The notes under the pieces were generated by a model. It did no database searches, was not told the origin of the DNA, and was given only the letters and a program-made list of their open reading frames with translations. The position numbers were made by a program, and so were the translations under genes. Positions 54,677-64,000 of a stretch of DNA of 64,000 bases are shown here, piece by piece (position 1 is the stretch's first letter; each line of letters begins with the position of its first letter). Source of the DNA: Escherichia coli (GTDB taxonomy: Bacteria > Pseudomonadota > Gammaproteobacteria > Enterobacterales > Enterobacteriaceae). The stretch is taken from NCBI RefSeq assembly GCF_003018255.1, contig NZ_CP027440.1; one strand, 5' to 3'.

Positions 54677-55504
54677 GTGGCGCGGATAAACCGTATTTCG
54701 ATCACGCTCTGTGCTTTACTTTTTACCACCCTGCCTTTAACGCCTATGGCCCATGCTTCAAAGCAAGCCAGGGAGAGTTCTGCTACTACTCATATCACCA
54801 AAAAAGCAGATAAAAAGAAAAGCACGGCAACCACCAAAAAGACCCAGAAAGCCAGCCAGAAAACAGCGAAAAAAGCCGCCAGTAAAAGTACGACCAAAAG
54901 CAAAACCGCTTCTTCCGTTAAAAAATCTTCCATTACCGCTTCTAAAAACGCCAAAACTCGCAGCAAACATGCCGTCAATAAAACGGCCTCAGCCAACTTT
55001 ACCGAAAAGTGTACCAAACGTAAGGGCTATAAATCGCATTGTGTGAAAGTCAAAAATGCCGCGTCAGGAACCCTTGCCGACGCGCACAAAGCGAAGGTGC
55101 AAAAAGCCACGAAAGTGGCAATGAATAAACTGATGCAACAAATTGGTAAGCCATATCGTTGGGGCGGCAGCTCACCGCGTACCGGTTTTGATTGCAGCGG
55201 CCTGGTTTATTACGCTTATAAAGATTTGGTGAAAATTCGTATTCCGCGTACGGCGAATGAAATGTATCACCTGCGTGATGCAGCACCTATCGAACGTAGT
55301 GAACTGAAAAACGGCGACCTGGTCTTCTTCCGTACTCAGGGACGCGGTACAGCCGATCATGTCGGCGTGTATGTCGGCAACGGCAAATTTATTCAGTCAC
55401 CGCGCACGGGCCAAGAAATTCAAATCACTTCTCTCAGTGAAGACTACTGGCAGCGCCACTATGTTGGCGCTCGTCGGGTAATGACCCCAAAAACACTTCG
55501 CTAA
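54677..55504 (+). CDS. mepH: NlpC/P60-family peptidoglycan DD-endopeptidase, GTG start
   Basis: Signal peptide, Lys/Thr/Ser-rich linker, C-terminal NlpC/P60 domain with catalytic Cys (FDCSGLV) and His. Confidence 0.88.
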   Translation: MARINRISITLCALLFTTLPLTPMAHASKQARESSATTHITKKADKKKSTATTKKTQKASQKTAKKAASKSTTKSKTASSVKKSSITASKNAKTRSKHAVNKTASANFTEKCTKRKGYKSHCVKVKNAASGTLADAHKAKVQKATKVAMNKLMQQIGKPYRWGGSSPRTGFDCSGLVYYAYKDLVKIRIPRTANEMYHLRDAAPIERSELKNGDLVFFRTQGRGTADHVGVYVGNGKFIQSPRTGQEIQITSLSEDYWQRHYVGARRVMTPKTLR

Positions 55505-55631
55505 AACTTTACCCTGTTGTTACGGCAACAGGGTAAGTTCATCTTTTGTCTCACCTTTTAATTTGCTACCCTATCCATACGCACAATAAGGCTATTGTAC
55601 GTATGCAAATTAATAATAAAGGAGAGTAGCA

Positions 55632-56213
55632 ATGTCATTCGAATTACCTGCACTACCATATGCTAAAGATGCTCTGGCACCGCACATTTCTGCGGAAACC
55701 ATCGAGTATCACTATGGCAAGCATCATCAGACTTATGTCACTAACCTGAACAACCTGATTAAAGGTACCGCGTTTGAAGGTAAATCACTGGAAGAGATTA
55801 TTCGCAGCTCTGAAGGTGGCGTATTCAACAACGCAGCTCAGGTCTGGAACCATACTTTCTACTGGAACTGCCTGGCACCGAACGCGGGTGGCGAACCGAC
55901 TGGAAAAGTCGCTGAAGCTATCGCCGCATCTTTTGGCAGCTTTGCCGATTTCAAAGCACAGTTTACTGATGCAGCAATCAAAAACTTTGGTTCTGGCTGG
56001 ACCTGGCTGGTGAAAAACAGCGATGGCAAACTGGCTATCGTTTCAACCTCTAACGCGGGTACTCCGCTGACCACCGATGCGACTCCGCTGCTGACCGTTG
56101 ATGTCTGGGAACACGCTTATTACATCGACTATCGCAATGCACGTCCTGGCTATCTGGAGCACTTCTGGGCGCTGGTGAACTGGGAATTCGTAGCGAAAAA
56201 TCTCGCTGCATAA
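55632..56213 (+). CDS. sodB: Fe superoxide dismutase
   Basis: 193 aa; recognised SodB ([36 protein letters not shown]...). Confidence 0.96.
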   Translation: MSFELPALPYAKDALAPHISAETIEYHYGKHHQTYVTNLNNLIKGTAFEGKSLEEIIRSSEGGVFNNAAQVWNHTFYWNCLAPNAGGEPTGKVAEAIAASFGSFADFKAQFTDAAIKNFGSGWTWLVKNSDGKLAIVSTSNAGTPLTTDATPLLTVDVWEHAYYIDYRNARPGYLEHFWALVNWEFVAKNLAA

Positions 56214-56262
56214 TAACTGATGGCAAATGCAACATTGCCTGATGCACTTCGCTTACCATGCC

Positions 56263-56295
56263 AACTCGGATGAAGCGTTAACACCGCATCCGGCA
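56263..56295 (-). repeat. degenerate REP-like element downstream of sodB
   Basis: Minus-strand GCCGGATGCGGTGTTAACGCTTCATCCG resembles the REP consensus GCCGGATGCGGCGTAAACGCCTTATCCG as I recall it. Confidence 0.45.
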
Positions 56296-56324
56296 AGATA
56301 AATCGCACGTTGCCAGCAACTGTA

Positions 56325-56353
56325 ACGCAGAAGGTTATCCTTCTGCGTTTTTG
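56325..56353 (+). terminator. rho-independent terminator of sodB
   Basis: ACGCAGAAGG-TTAT-CCTTCTGCGT 10-bp stem followed by TTTTT. Confidence 0.8.
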
Positions 56354-56358
56354 TGTAA

Positions 56359-57528
56359 TTAGCTGTTGGCAACGCAAACTGCCTCAGGTTGTTTTCTGGC
56401 TGACATAAACACCAGCAATAATGCCAGTCCCGCGACAATCGCCCCCATCACCGGCACAAAGCTGTATCCCAGCCCAGCGGAAATTACCGCACCACCAGCA
56501 GCAGCTCCCAGCGCATTTCCAAGATTAAAGGCACCAATATTGACTGATGAAGACAGACCAGGCGCTTCACTGGCGACACGCATCACGCGCATCTGTAACG
56601 GCGGTACGACCGCAAAGGTTGCAGCTCCCCACACCACCATGCTAATAGCTGCGCCGAACTCATTGCGGGCCAGGAACGGGATTGCTAGCATAATCACCAT
56701 CAGCAGCAACAAAAAGCCTTTCAACGTGCCGTTAACTGAACGATCTGCCAGTTTGCCGCCGAGATAGTTACCGATAGAGAATCCGACACCAATCAGCACC
56801 AGCATTGCCGTAACGAACACCGGCGTTGCGTGGGTAATACTTTGCAGTACCGGAGAGATATAGGTGTAGAGGGTAAACATTGCACCAGCTCCCAGTACCG
56901 TCGTCAGCAATGCAGACAGCACCTGCGGACGCATTAATACCGCCAGCTCTTTTTTCACTTCAGGTCGCGCCCCTGCGCCACCTTTAGGTAATGAGAAGAA
57001 CAGACTTACCATTGAAATCACGCCCAGCCCCGCCGTTGCCAGAAATGACATCCGCCAGCCGATGGTTTCGCCCAACCAGGTCGCTGCCGGAACGCCACCG
57101 ATATTTGCCAGGGTTAACCCCATAAACATAGTGGCAACTGCGCTGGCCTGTTTATGTTTTGGCACCACGCTTGCGGCCACAACTGAACCCAAACCAAAAA
57201 ATGCTCCGTGATTCAGGCTGGTCAAAATGCGTGAAAGCATCAGCGTCATATAATCCGGCGCGATGGCGGAAAGTACGTTGCCGAGCGTGAAAATCGCCAT
57301 CAGGAAAATCAACGCACTGCGGCGAGCACGATGAGAAAGTAGAAGCGTCATCAGCGGCGCGCCAACCATTACGCCAACTGCATAGGCACTGATTAACATT
57401 CCGGCAGCGGGAATCGAGACATCCACACCGCGCGCAATGACGGGCAATAAGCCCATTGGCGAGAACTCCGTTGTCCCGATACCAAACGCGCCAATCGCCA
57501 GCGCCAGCAACGGATAGTTAATTTTCAT
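56359..57528 (-). CDS. ydhP: MFS transporter (12-TM)
   Basis: 389 aa. Confidence 0.85.
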   Translation of the reverse strand: MKINYPLLALAIGAFGIGTTEFSPMGLLPVIARGVDVSIPAAGMLISAYAVGVMVGAPLMTLLLSHRARRSALIFLMAIFTLGNVLSAIAPDYMTLMLSRILTSLNHGAFFGLGSVVAASVVPKHKQASAVATMFMGLTLANIGGVPAATWLGETIGWRMSFLATAGLGVISMVSLFFSLPKGGAGARPEVKKELAVLMRPQVLSALLTTVLGAGAMFTLYTYISPVLQSITHATPVFVTAMLVLIGVGFSIGNYLGGKLADRSVNGTLKGFLLLLMVIMLAIPFLARNEFGAAISMVVWGAATFAVVPPLQMRVMRVASEAPGLSSSVNIGAFNLGNALGAAAGGAVISAGLGYSFVPVMGAIVAGLALLLVFMSARKQPEAVCVANS

Positions 57529-57663
57529 GCCTTATCTCCACCTCTTCGCGTCATTACGCGATATTCATTAAAGTGGCGAAAGCATGACAGCAATCACAAA
57601 AAAATGAAAATAACAAAAAGAGAAAACACTTTTGCCATTTTGCTAACAAACAGGAAGGAGATG

Positions 57664-57685
57664 CGAGGGAGAACGCGCTCCCTCG
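57664..57685 (-). terminator. candidate hairpin downstream of ynhF
   Basis: CGAGGGAG-AACGCG-CTCCCTCG 8-bp stem; downstream U-rich but not a clean U-run. Confidence 0.35.
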
Positions 57686-57693
57686 AGAGGAAA

Positions 57694-57783
57694 TCAGTGC
57701 AGCGCGGCAGTCAAACCCACGGCCACGATCAAACCGAGGACGATAATCGTTGTTACCAGTGAAAATTTAAGGTCGGTGCTCAT
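57694..57783 (-). CDS. ynhF: 29-aa single-TM small protein
   Basis: Minus-strand ORF MSTDLKFSLVTTIIVLGLIVAVGLTAALH with AAGGAG SD 8 nt upstream; below the ORF-track size cutoff. Confidence 0.7.
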   Translation of the reverse strand: MSTDLKFSLVTTIIVLGLIVAVGLTAALH

Positions 57784-58021
57784 CAAGTTTTCTCCTTTTT
57801 TATTACCACACAAAAAGTGATATTACGCATTTTTACACACTGTGATGAAAAAATCTCCCGTCATTTATAATGATAAGTGTTTTTACCACTTCCCCTTTTC
57901 GTCAAGATCGGCCAAAATTCCACGCTTACACTATTTGCGTACTGGCCATTGACCCCTTCCTGACGCTCCGTGTCGTTTTTCCGGCGTACCGCAACACTTT
58001 TGTTGTGCGTAAGGTGTGTAA

Positions 58022-58037
58022 AGGCAAACGTTTAGCT
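58022..58037. promoter_or_regulatory. PurR operator O1 (PUR box) in the purR leader
   Basis: AGGCAAACGTTTAGCT contains the PUR box core GCAAACGTTT, about 45 bp upstream of purR ATG. Confidence 0.6.
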
Positions 58038-58081
58038 TGCGATTTTGCAGGAGCTGAAGTTAGGGTCTGGAGTGAAATGGA

Positions 58082-59107
58082 ATGGCAACAATAAAAGATG
58101 TAGCGAAACGAGCAAACGTTTCCACTACAACTGTGTCACACGTGATCAACAAAACACGTTTCGTCGCTGAAGAAACGCGCAACGCCGTGTGGGCAGCGAT
58201 TAAAGAATTACACTACTCCCCTAGCGCGGTGGCGCGTAGCCTGAAGGTTAACCACACCAAGTCTATCGGTTTGCTGGCGACCAGCAGCGAAGCGGCCTAT
58301 TTTGCCGAGATCATTGAAGCGGTTGAAAAAAATTGCTTCCAGAAAGGTTACACCCTGATTCTGGGCAATGCGTGGAACAATCTTGAGAAACAGCGGGCTT
58401 ATCTGTCGATGATGGCGCAAAAACGCGTCGATGGTCTGCTGGTGATGTGTTCTGAGTACCCAGAGCCGTTGCTGGCGATGCTGGAAGAGTATCGCCATAT
58501 CCCAATGGTGGTGATGGACTGGGGTGAAGCAAAAGCTGACTTCACCGATGCGGTCATTGATAACGCATTCGAAGGCGGCTACATGGCCGGGCGTTATCTG
58601 ATTGAACGCGGTCATCGCGAAATCGGCGTTATCCCTGGCCCGCTGGAACGTAACACCGGCGCAGGCCGCCTTGCCGGTTTTATGAAGGCGATGGAAGAAG
58701 CGATGATCAAAGTGCCGGAAAGCTGGATTGTACAGGGTGACTTTGAACCTGAATCCGGTTATCGCGCCATGCAGCAAATACTGTCGCAACCGCATCGCCC
58801 TACTGCCGTCTTCTGTGGTGGCGATATCATGGCAATGGGCGCACTTTGTGCTGCTGATGAAATGGGTCTGCGCGTGCCGCAGGATGTTTCGCTGATCGGT
58901 TATGATAACGTGCGCAACGCCCGCTATTTTACGCCAGCGCTGACCACGATCCATCAGCCAAAAGATTCGCTGGGCGAAACGGCGTTCAACATGCTGTTGG
59001 ATCGTATCGTCAATAAACGCGAAGAACCGCAGTCCATTGAAGTGCATCCGCGCTTGATTGAACGCCGCTCCGTGGCTGACGGCCCGTTCCGCGACTATCG
59101 TCGTTAA
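58082..59107 (+). CDS. purR: purine repressor PurR (LacI family)
   Basis: 341 aa; recognised PurR ([33 protein letters not shown]...). Confidence 0.96.
58109..58124. promoter_or_regulatory. PurR operator O2 (PUR box) inside purR codons 10-14
   Basis: CGAGCAAACGTTTCCA contains GCAAACGTTTCC. Confidence 0.6.
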
Positions 59108-60036
59108 TCACCCGTTGCGGGAGTCTCTTCCGGCTCCCGCAGCCACTCCTTATTCAGCGTCTCACTATCGCCGAGATACTCAAGCAACCAGGTTAACGCA
59201 GGCGACATATCATTTTGCTGCCATGTCAGACAACATGCCGAATCCGGGAAGGGGTTTTCCAGTTCTAGTGCTACCCACTTCCCCTCATTAAGCCACGGTT
59301 TGGCGAAATGTGTTGGCACCATCCCTATGCATAATCCTGCCGAGATACAGGTTGCCGATGATTCCCAGTCAGGCACGACAAGTCTTTTTTGGTTATCCAG
59401 CAACCAGGTAATACGTTTAGGTAGCGTTCGCGAGGTGTCTTCGCGCACCAACGACGGCCAGTTGCGCAACGTATCATCGCTGAACGGGCCATCCATCAAC
59501 GCCAGCGGGTGGTGGCTGGCAACAACGCAACTCCAGCTTAGCATCCCCATATCGCGGAAGGCATAACGACCGCCTACCGGAATCGCGCGTGTTGCGCCAA
59601 TCGCCAGTTCCACGCGCCCGTCGGAAAGCGCATCCCAGACACCGTTGAACACTTCCTGAAAGACAAGAAGTTCGACATCATCAAAATGGCGATAAAAATC
59701 AACGATCATCTGCCGTGTACGTTCTGGCCTGACAATATTATCCACTGCGATAGCTAACTGACCGCGCCAGCCGTTCGCTATCTGCTGACATTGCTGCCGG
59801 GTGATCTGCATTTTTTTGACAACAGAGCGCCCTTCTTTGAGAAACCACGCCCCGGCAGCGGTCAGTTCCACATCACGGTGACGTCGTTCAAACAGCGGCA
59901 CCGCCAGCCACTCTTCCAGCTGACGCACGGTATAGCTGACCGCAGAAGGAACGCGATGCAACTCCTGTGCCGCAGCGCTAAAACTACCATTACGCGCTAC
60001 CGCATCAACAACTTCGAGTGAATATTCTGACCACAT
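59104..60036 (-). CDS. punR: LysR-family transcriptional regulator
   Basis: 310 aa; N-terminal LysR HTH; divergent from punC; 4-nt stop overlap with purR. Confidence 0.88.
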
Positions 60037-60148
60037 AGTCTGCCTGCAAAATTTTTGAAACCAGTCATCAAATATTACCGTTTCACAACACTAATTTCAC
60101 TCCCTACACTTTGCGGCGGTGTTTAATTGAGAGATTTAGAGAATATAC

Positions 60149-61360
60149 ATGCAACCTGGGAAAAGATTTTTAGTCTGGCTGGCGGGTTTGAGCGTACTCG
60201 GTTTTCTGGCAACCGATATGTATCTGCCTGCTTTCGCCGCCATACAGGCCGACCTGCAAACGCCTGCGTCTGCTGTCAGTGCCAGCCTTAGTCTGTTCCT
60301 TGCCGGTTTTGCCGCAGCCCAGCTTCTGTGGGGGCCGCTCTCCGACCGTTATGGTCGTAAACCGGTATTATTAATCGGCCTGACAATTTTTGCGTTAGGT
60401 AGTCTGGGGATGCTGTGGGTAGAAAACGCCGCTACGCTGCTGGTATTGCGTTTTGTACAGGCTGTGGGTGTCTGCGCCGCGGCAGTTATCTGGCAAGCGT
60501 TAGTGACGGATTATTATCCTTCACAGAAAGTTAACCGTATTTTTGCGACCATCATGCCGCTGGTGGGTCTATCTCCGGCACTGGCTCCTCTGTTAGGAAG
60601 CTGGCTGCTGGTCCATTTTTCCTGGCAGGCGATTTTCGCCACCCTGTTTGCCATTACCGTGGTGCTGATTCTGCCTATTTTCTGGCTCAAACCCACGACG
60701 AAGGCCCGTAACAATAGTCAGGATGGTCTGACCTTTACCGACCTGCTACGTTCTAAAACCTATCGCGGCAACGTGCTGATATATGCGGCCTGTTCAGCCA
60801 GTTTTTTTGCATGGCTGACCGGCTCACCGTTCATCCTTAGTGAAATGGGCTACAGCCCGGCAGTTATTGGTTTAAGTTATGTCCCGCAAACTATCGCGTT
60901 TCTGATTGGTGGTTATGGCTGTCGCGCCGCACTGCAGAAATGGCAAGGCAAGCAGTTATTACCGTGGTTGCTGGTACTGTTTGCTGTCAGCGTCATTGCG
61001 ACCTGGGCTGCGGGCTTCATTAGCCATGTGTCGCTAGTCGAAATCCTGATCCCATTCTGTGTGATGGCGATTGCCAATGGCGCGATCTACCCGATTGTTG
61101 TCGCCCAGGCGCTGCGTCCCTTCCCACATGCAACTGGTCGCGCCGCAGCGTTGCAGAACACTCTACAACTGGGTCTGTGCTTCCTCGCAAGTCTGGTAGT
61201 TTCCTGGCTTATCAGTATCAGCACGCCATTGCTCACCACCACCAGCGTGATGTTATCAACAGTAGTGCTGGTCGCTCTGGGTTACATGATGCAACGTTGT
61301 GAAGAAGTAGACTGTCAGAATCATGGCAATGCCGAAGTCGCTCATAGCGAATCACACTGA
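60149..61360 (+). CDS. punC: MFS (Bcr/CflA-type) transporter, purine nucleoside transport
   Basis: 403 aa, 12 TM. Confidence 0.88.
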   Translation: MQPGKRFLVWLAGLSVLGFLATDMYLPAFAAIQADLQTPASAVSASLSLFLAGFAAAQLLWGPLSDRYGRKPVLLIGLTIFALGSLGMLWVENAATLLVLRFVQAVGVCAAAVIWQALVTDYYPSQKVNRIFATIMPLVGLSPALAPLLGSWLLVHFSWQAIFATLFAITVVLILPIFWLKPTTKARNNSQDGLTFTDLLRSKTYRGNVLIYAACSASFFAWLTGSPFILSEMGYSPAVIGLSYVPQTIAFLIGGYGCRAALQKWQGKQLLPWLLVLFAVSVIATWAAGFISHVSLVEILIPFCVMAIANGAIYPIVVAQALRPFPHATGRAAALQNTLQLGLCFLASLVVSWLISISTPLLTTTSVMLSTVVLVALGYMMQRCEEVDCQNHGNAEVAHSESH

Positions 61361-61650
61361 TCTATATCGATATGATTATACTTAGGCTGCTAACAAAATT
61401 TTGTTGTATGATTGAAATTAGCGGCCTATACTAATTTCGAGTTGTTAAAGCTACGATAAATATTATGTTTTTACGGGGACAGGATCGTTCCCGACTCACT
61501 ATGGATGGTCATTTCGGCAAGGGTTCCTCCTTTCCCTCTGTTCTACGTCGGATTATAGACTCGCGGTTTTTTCTGCGAGATTTCTCACAAAGCCCAAAAA
61601 GCGTCTACGCTGTTTTAAGGTTCTGATCACCGACCAGTGATGGAGAAACT

Positions 61651-62799
61651 ATGAGTTCATCGTGTATAGAAGAAGTCAGTGTACCGGATGACAACTGGTA
61701 CCGTATCGCCAACGAATTACTTAGCCGTGCCGGTATAGCCATTAACGGTTCTGCCCCGGCGGATATTCGTGTGAAAAACCCCGATTTTTTTAAACGCGTT
61801 CTGCAGGAAGGATCGTTGGGGTTAGGCGAAAGTTATATGGATGGCTGGTGGGAATGTGACCGACTGGATATGTTTTTTAGCAAAGTCTTACGCGCAGGTC
61901 TCGAGAACCAACTCCCCCATCATTTCAAAGACACGCTGCGTATTGCCGGCGCTCGTCTCTTCAATCTGCAGAGTAAAAAACGTGCCTGGATAGTCGGCAA
62001 AGAGCATTACGATTTGGGTAATGACTTGTTCAGCCGCATGCTTGATCCCTTCATGCAATATTCCTGCGCTTACTGGAAAGATGCCGATAATCTGGAATCT
62101 GCCCAGCAGGCGAAGCTCAAAATGATTTGTGAAAAATTGCAGTTAAAACCAGGGATGCGCGTACTGGATATTGGCTGCGGCTGGGGCGGACTGGCGCACT
62201 ACATGGCATCTAATTATGACGTAAGCGTGGTTGGCGTCACCATTTCTGCCGAACAGCAAAAAATGGCTCAGGAACGCTGTGAAGGCCTGGATGTCACCAT
62301 TTTGCTGCAAGATTATCGTGACCTGAACGACCAGTTTGATCGTATTGTTTCTGTGGGGATGTTCGAGCACGTCGGACCGAAAAATTACGATACCTATTTT
62401 GCGGTGGTGGATCGTAATTTGAAACCGGAAGGCATATTCCTGCTCCATACTATCGGTTCGAAAAAAACCGATCTGAATGTTGATCCCTGGATTAATAAAT
62501 ATATTTTTCCGAACGGTTGCCTGCCCTCTGTACGCCAGATTGCTCAGTCCAGCGAACCCCACTTTGTGATGGAAGACTGGCATAACTTCGGTGCTGATTA
62601 CGATACTACGTTGATGGCGTGGTATGAACGATTCCTCGCCGCATGGCCAGAAATTGCGGATAACTACAGTGAACGCTTTAAACGGATGTTTACCTATTAT
62701 CTGAATGCCTGTGCAGGTGCTTTCCGCGCCCGTGATATTCAGCTCTGGCAGGTGGTGTTCTCACGCGGTGTTGAAAACGGCCTTCGAGTCGCTCGCTAA
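61651..62799 (+). CDS. cfa: cyclopropane-fatty-acyl-phospholipid synthase (SAM-dependent)
   Basis: 382 aa; SAM-binding motif VLDIGCGWGG; recognised Cfa. Confidence 0.95.
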   Translation: MSSSCIEEVSVPDDNWYRIANELLSRAGIAINGSAPADIRVKNPDFFKRVLQEGSLGLGESYMDGWWECDRLDMFFSKVLRAGLENQLPHHFKDTLRIAGARLFNLQSKKRAWIVGKEHYDLGNDLFSRMLDPFMQYSCAYWKDADNLESAQQAKLKMICEKLQLKPGMRVLDIGCGWGGLAHYMASNYDVSVVGVTISAEQQKMAQERCEGLDVTILLQDYRDLNDQFDRIVSVGMFEHVGPKNYDTYFAVVDRNLKPEGIFLLHTIGSKKTDLNVDPWINKYIFPNGCLPSVRQIAQSSEPHFVMEDWHNFGADYDTTLMAWYERFLAAWPEIADNYSERFKRMFTYYLNACAGAFRARDIQLWQVVFSRGVENGLRVAR

Positions 62800-62809
62800 A
62801 GGCTATTCT

Positions 62810-62835
62810 ATCGCCCCCTCTCCGGGGGCGATTTC
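62810..62835. terminator. bidirectional terminator hairpin between cfa and ribC
   Basis: ATCGCCCCC-TCTCC-GGGGGCGAT 9-bp stem. Confidence 0.55.
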
Positions 62836-62838
62836 AGA

Positions 62839-63480
62839 TCAGGCTTCTGTACCTGGTTGATTCATGGCATTTTCTCGTGCTGCCAGCACACGTTCTACGG
62901 TATCTACCACTGCCTGAGTTTGTGGATCAATTTCAATGTTGACGCGTGCGCCGAGTTTTTTCTTCCCAAGAGTCGTGCGTTCCAGGGTTTCCGGAATTAA
63001 ATGGACGCAAAAACGCGTTGGCGTGACTTCGCCGACGGTCAGGCTAATACCGTCGATGCCAATAAATCCTTTGTACAGAATATATTTCATCAACTGACTA
63101 TCCTGGACTTTAAACCAGATCTGGCGATTATTTTCCGAGGTTAATATTTTCGCCACTTCAGCGGTGGTCATAATATGACCTGACATTAAGTGTCCGCCAA
63201 TTTCATCACTGAATTTCGCCGCACGCTCAACGTTTACCCAATCCCCCACTTTTAAATCGCCAAGATTGGTAATGCGTAACGTTTCTTTCATCAGGTCAAA
63301 ACTGACATGGTTGCCGTTAATTTCCGTCACGGTCAGGCAGCAACCGTTATGCGCCACGGACGCACCGGTTTCCAGGCCCTCCAGCATGTGGTCGGGTAAC
63401 TCCACCACATGCGTACGAAAATTTGGTTTCTCGTCAATCGACACCAGTTTTGCGGTGCCCTGTACAATCCCCGTAAACAT
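62839..63480 (-). CDS. ribC: riboflavin synthase (alpha subunit)
   Basis: 213 aa; N-terminal [10 protein letters not shown]; internally duplicated lumazine-binding halves. Confidence 0.93.
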   Translation of the reverse strand: MFTGIVQGTAKLVSIDEKPNFRTHVVELPDHMLEGLETGASVAHNGCCLTVTEINGNHVSFDLMKETLRITNLGDLKVGDWVNVERAAKFSDEIGGHLMSGHIMTTAEVAKILTSENNRQIWFKVQDSQLMKYILYKGFIGIDGISLTVGEVTPTRFCVHLIPETLERTTLGKKKLGARVNIEIDPQTQAVVDTVERVLAARENAMNQPGTEA

Positions 63481-63673
63481 ACTTACAACTCCTGAAATCA
63501 GTTAAGACATTCTGTTCAGCACAATAGCAGGTGGCAAACGCCCTTACCAGTGAAGGGGTAAGAATGACTATTTTTTCACTGGAGAATTAATAAATCCTCG
63601 CTACAATAGACTGAATTTCCCCTGCTTCTTCTTTTTGCTGCCCATTCAGGCGGCTTTTTAGTCTCTCATATAA

Positions 63674-64000
<327 letters not shown>

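Noticed and set aside
58208-59047. 279-aa minus-strand ORF
   Set aside because: Antisense to purR; His/Arg-rich low-complexity translation with no SD.

Overview
This window reads as a contiguous, syntenic stretch of Escherichia coli core chromosome (K-12-like gene order, terminus-proximal), running ydgI-folM-ydgC-rstAB-tus-fumCA-manA-ydgA-uidCBA-uidR-hdhA-malI-malXY-add-ydgJ-blr-cnu-ydgK-rsxABCDGE-nth-dtpA-gstA-pdxY-tyrS-pdxH-mliC-anmK-slyB-slyA-ydhIJK-sodC-ydhF-ydhL-nemR-nemA-gloA-rnt-lhr-grxD-mepH-sodB-ydhP-ynhF-purR-punR-punC-cfa-ribC-mdtK(partial). Gene identities come from recognising the translated ORFs and their operon context from memory; no database search was possible. Every ORF over 60 aa that is not antisense to a larger gene is accounted for by a known gene. 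I see no tRNA/rRNA, no IS or prophage genes, no CRISPR array, and no unexplained gap or compositional island, so I do not find evidence for a novel system here. The two most notable observations are an apparent -1 frameshift in a poly-C tract that splits rsxD into two ORFs, and a 96-bp in-frame tandem repeat array in rsxC that appears one unit shorter than the K-12 allele as I recall it. Other items are known-type sites that I located directly in the sequence: the TerB replication terminus site in front of tus, paired MalI operators, UidR/UxuR-type palindromes at uidA and uidR, a SlyA box, a NemR box, two PurR boxes (one inside purR coding sequence), a candidate PhoP box, a degenerate REP element, several rho-independent terminators, and two small proteins (blr, ynhF) below the ORF-track threshold. 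All coordinates were read by hand; small motif positions may be off by 1-2 bp.
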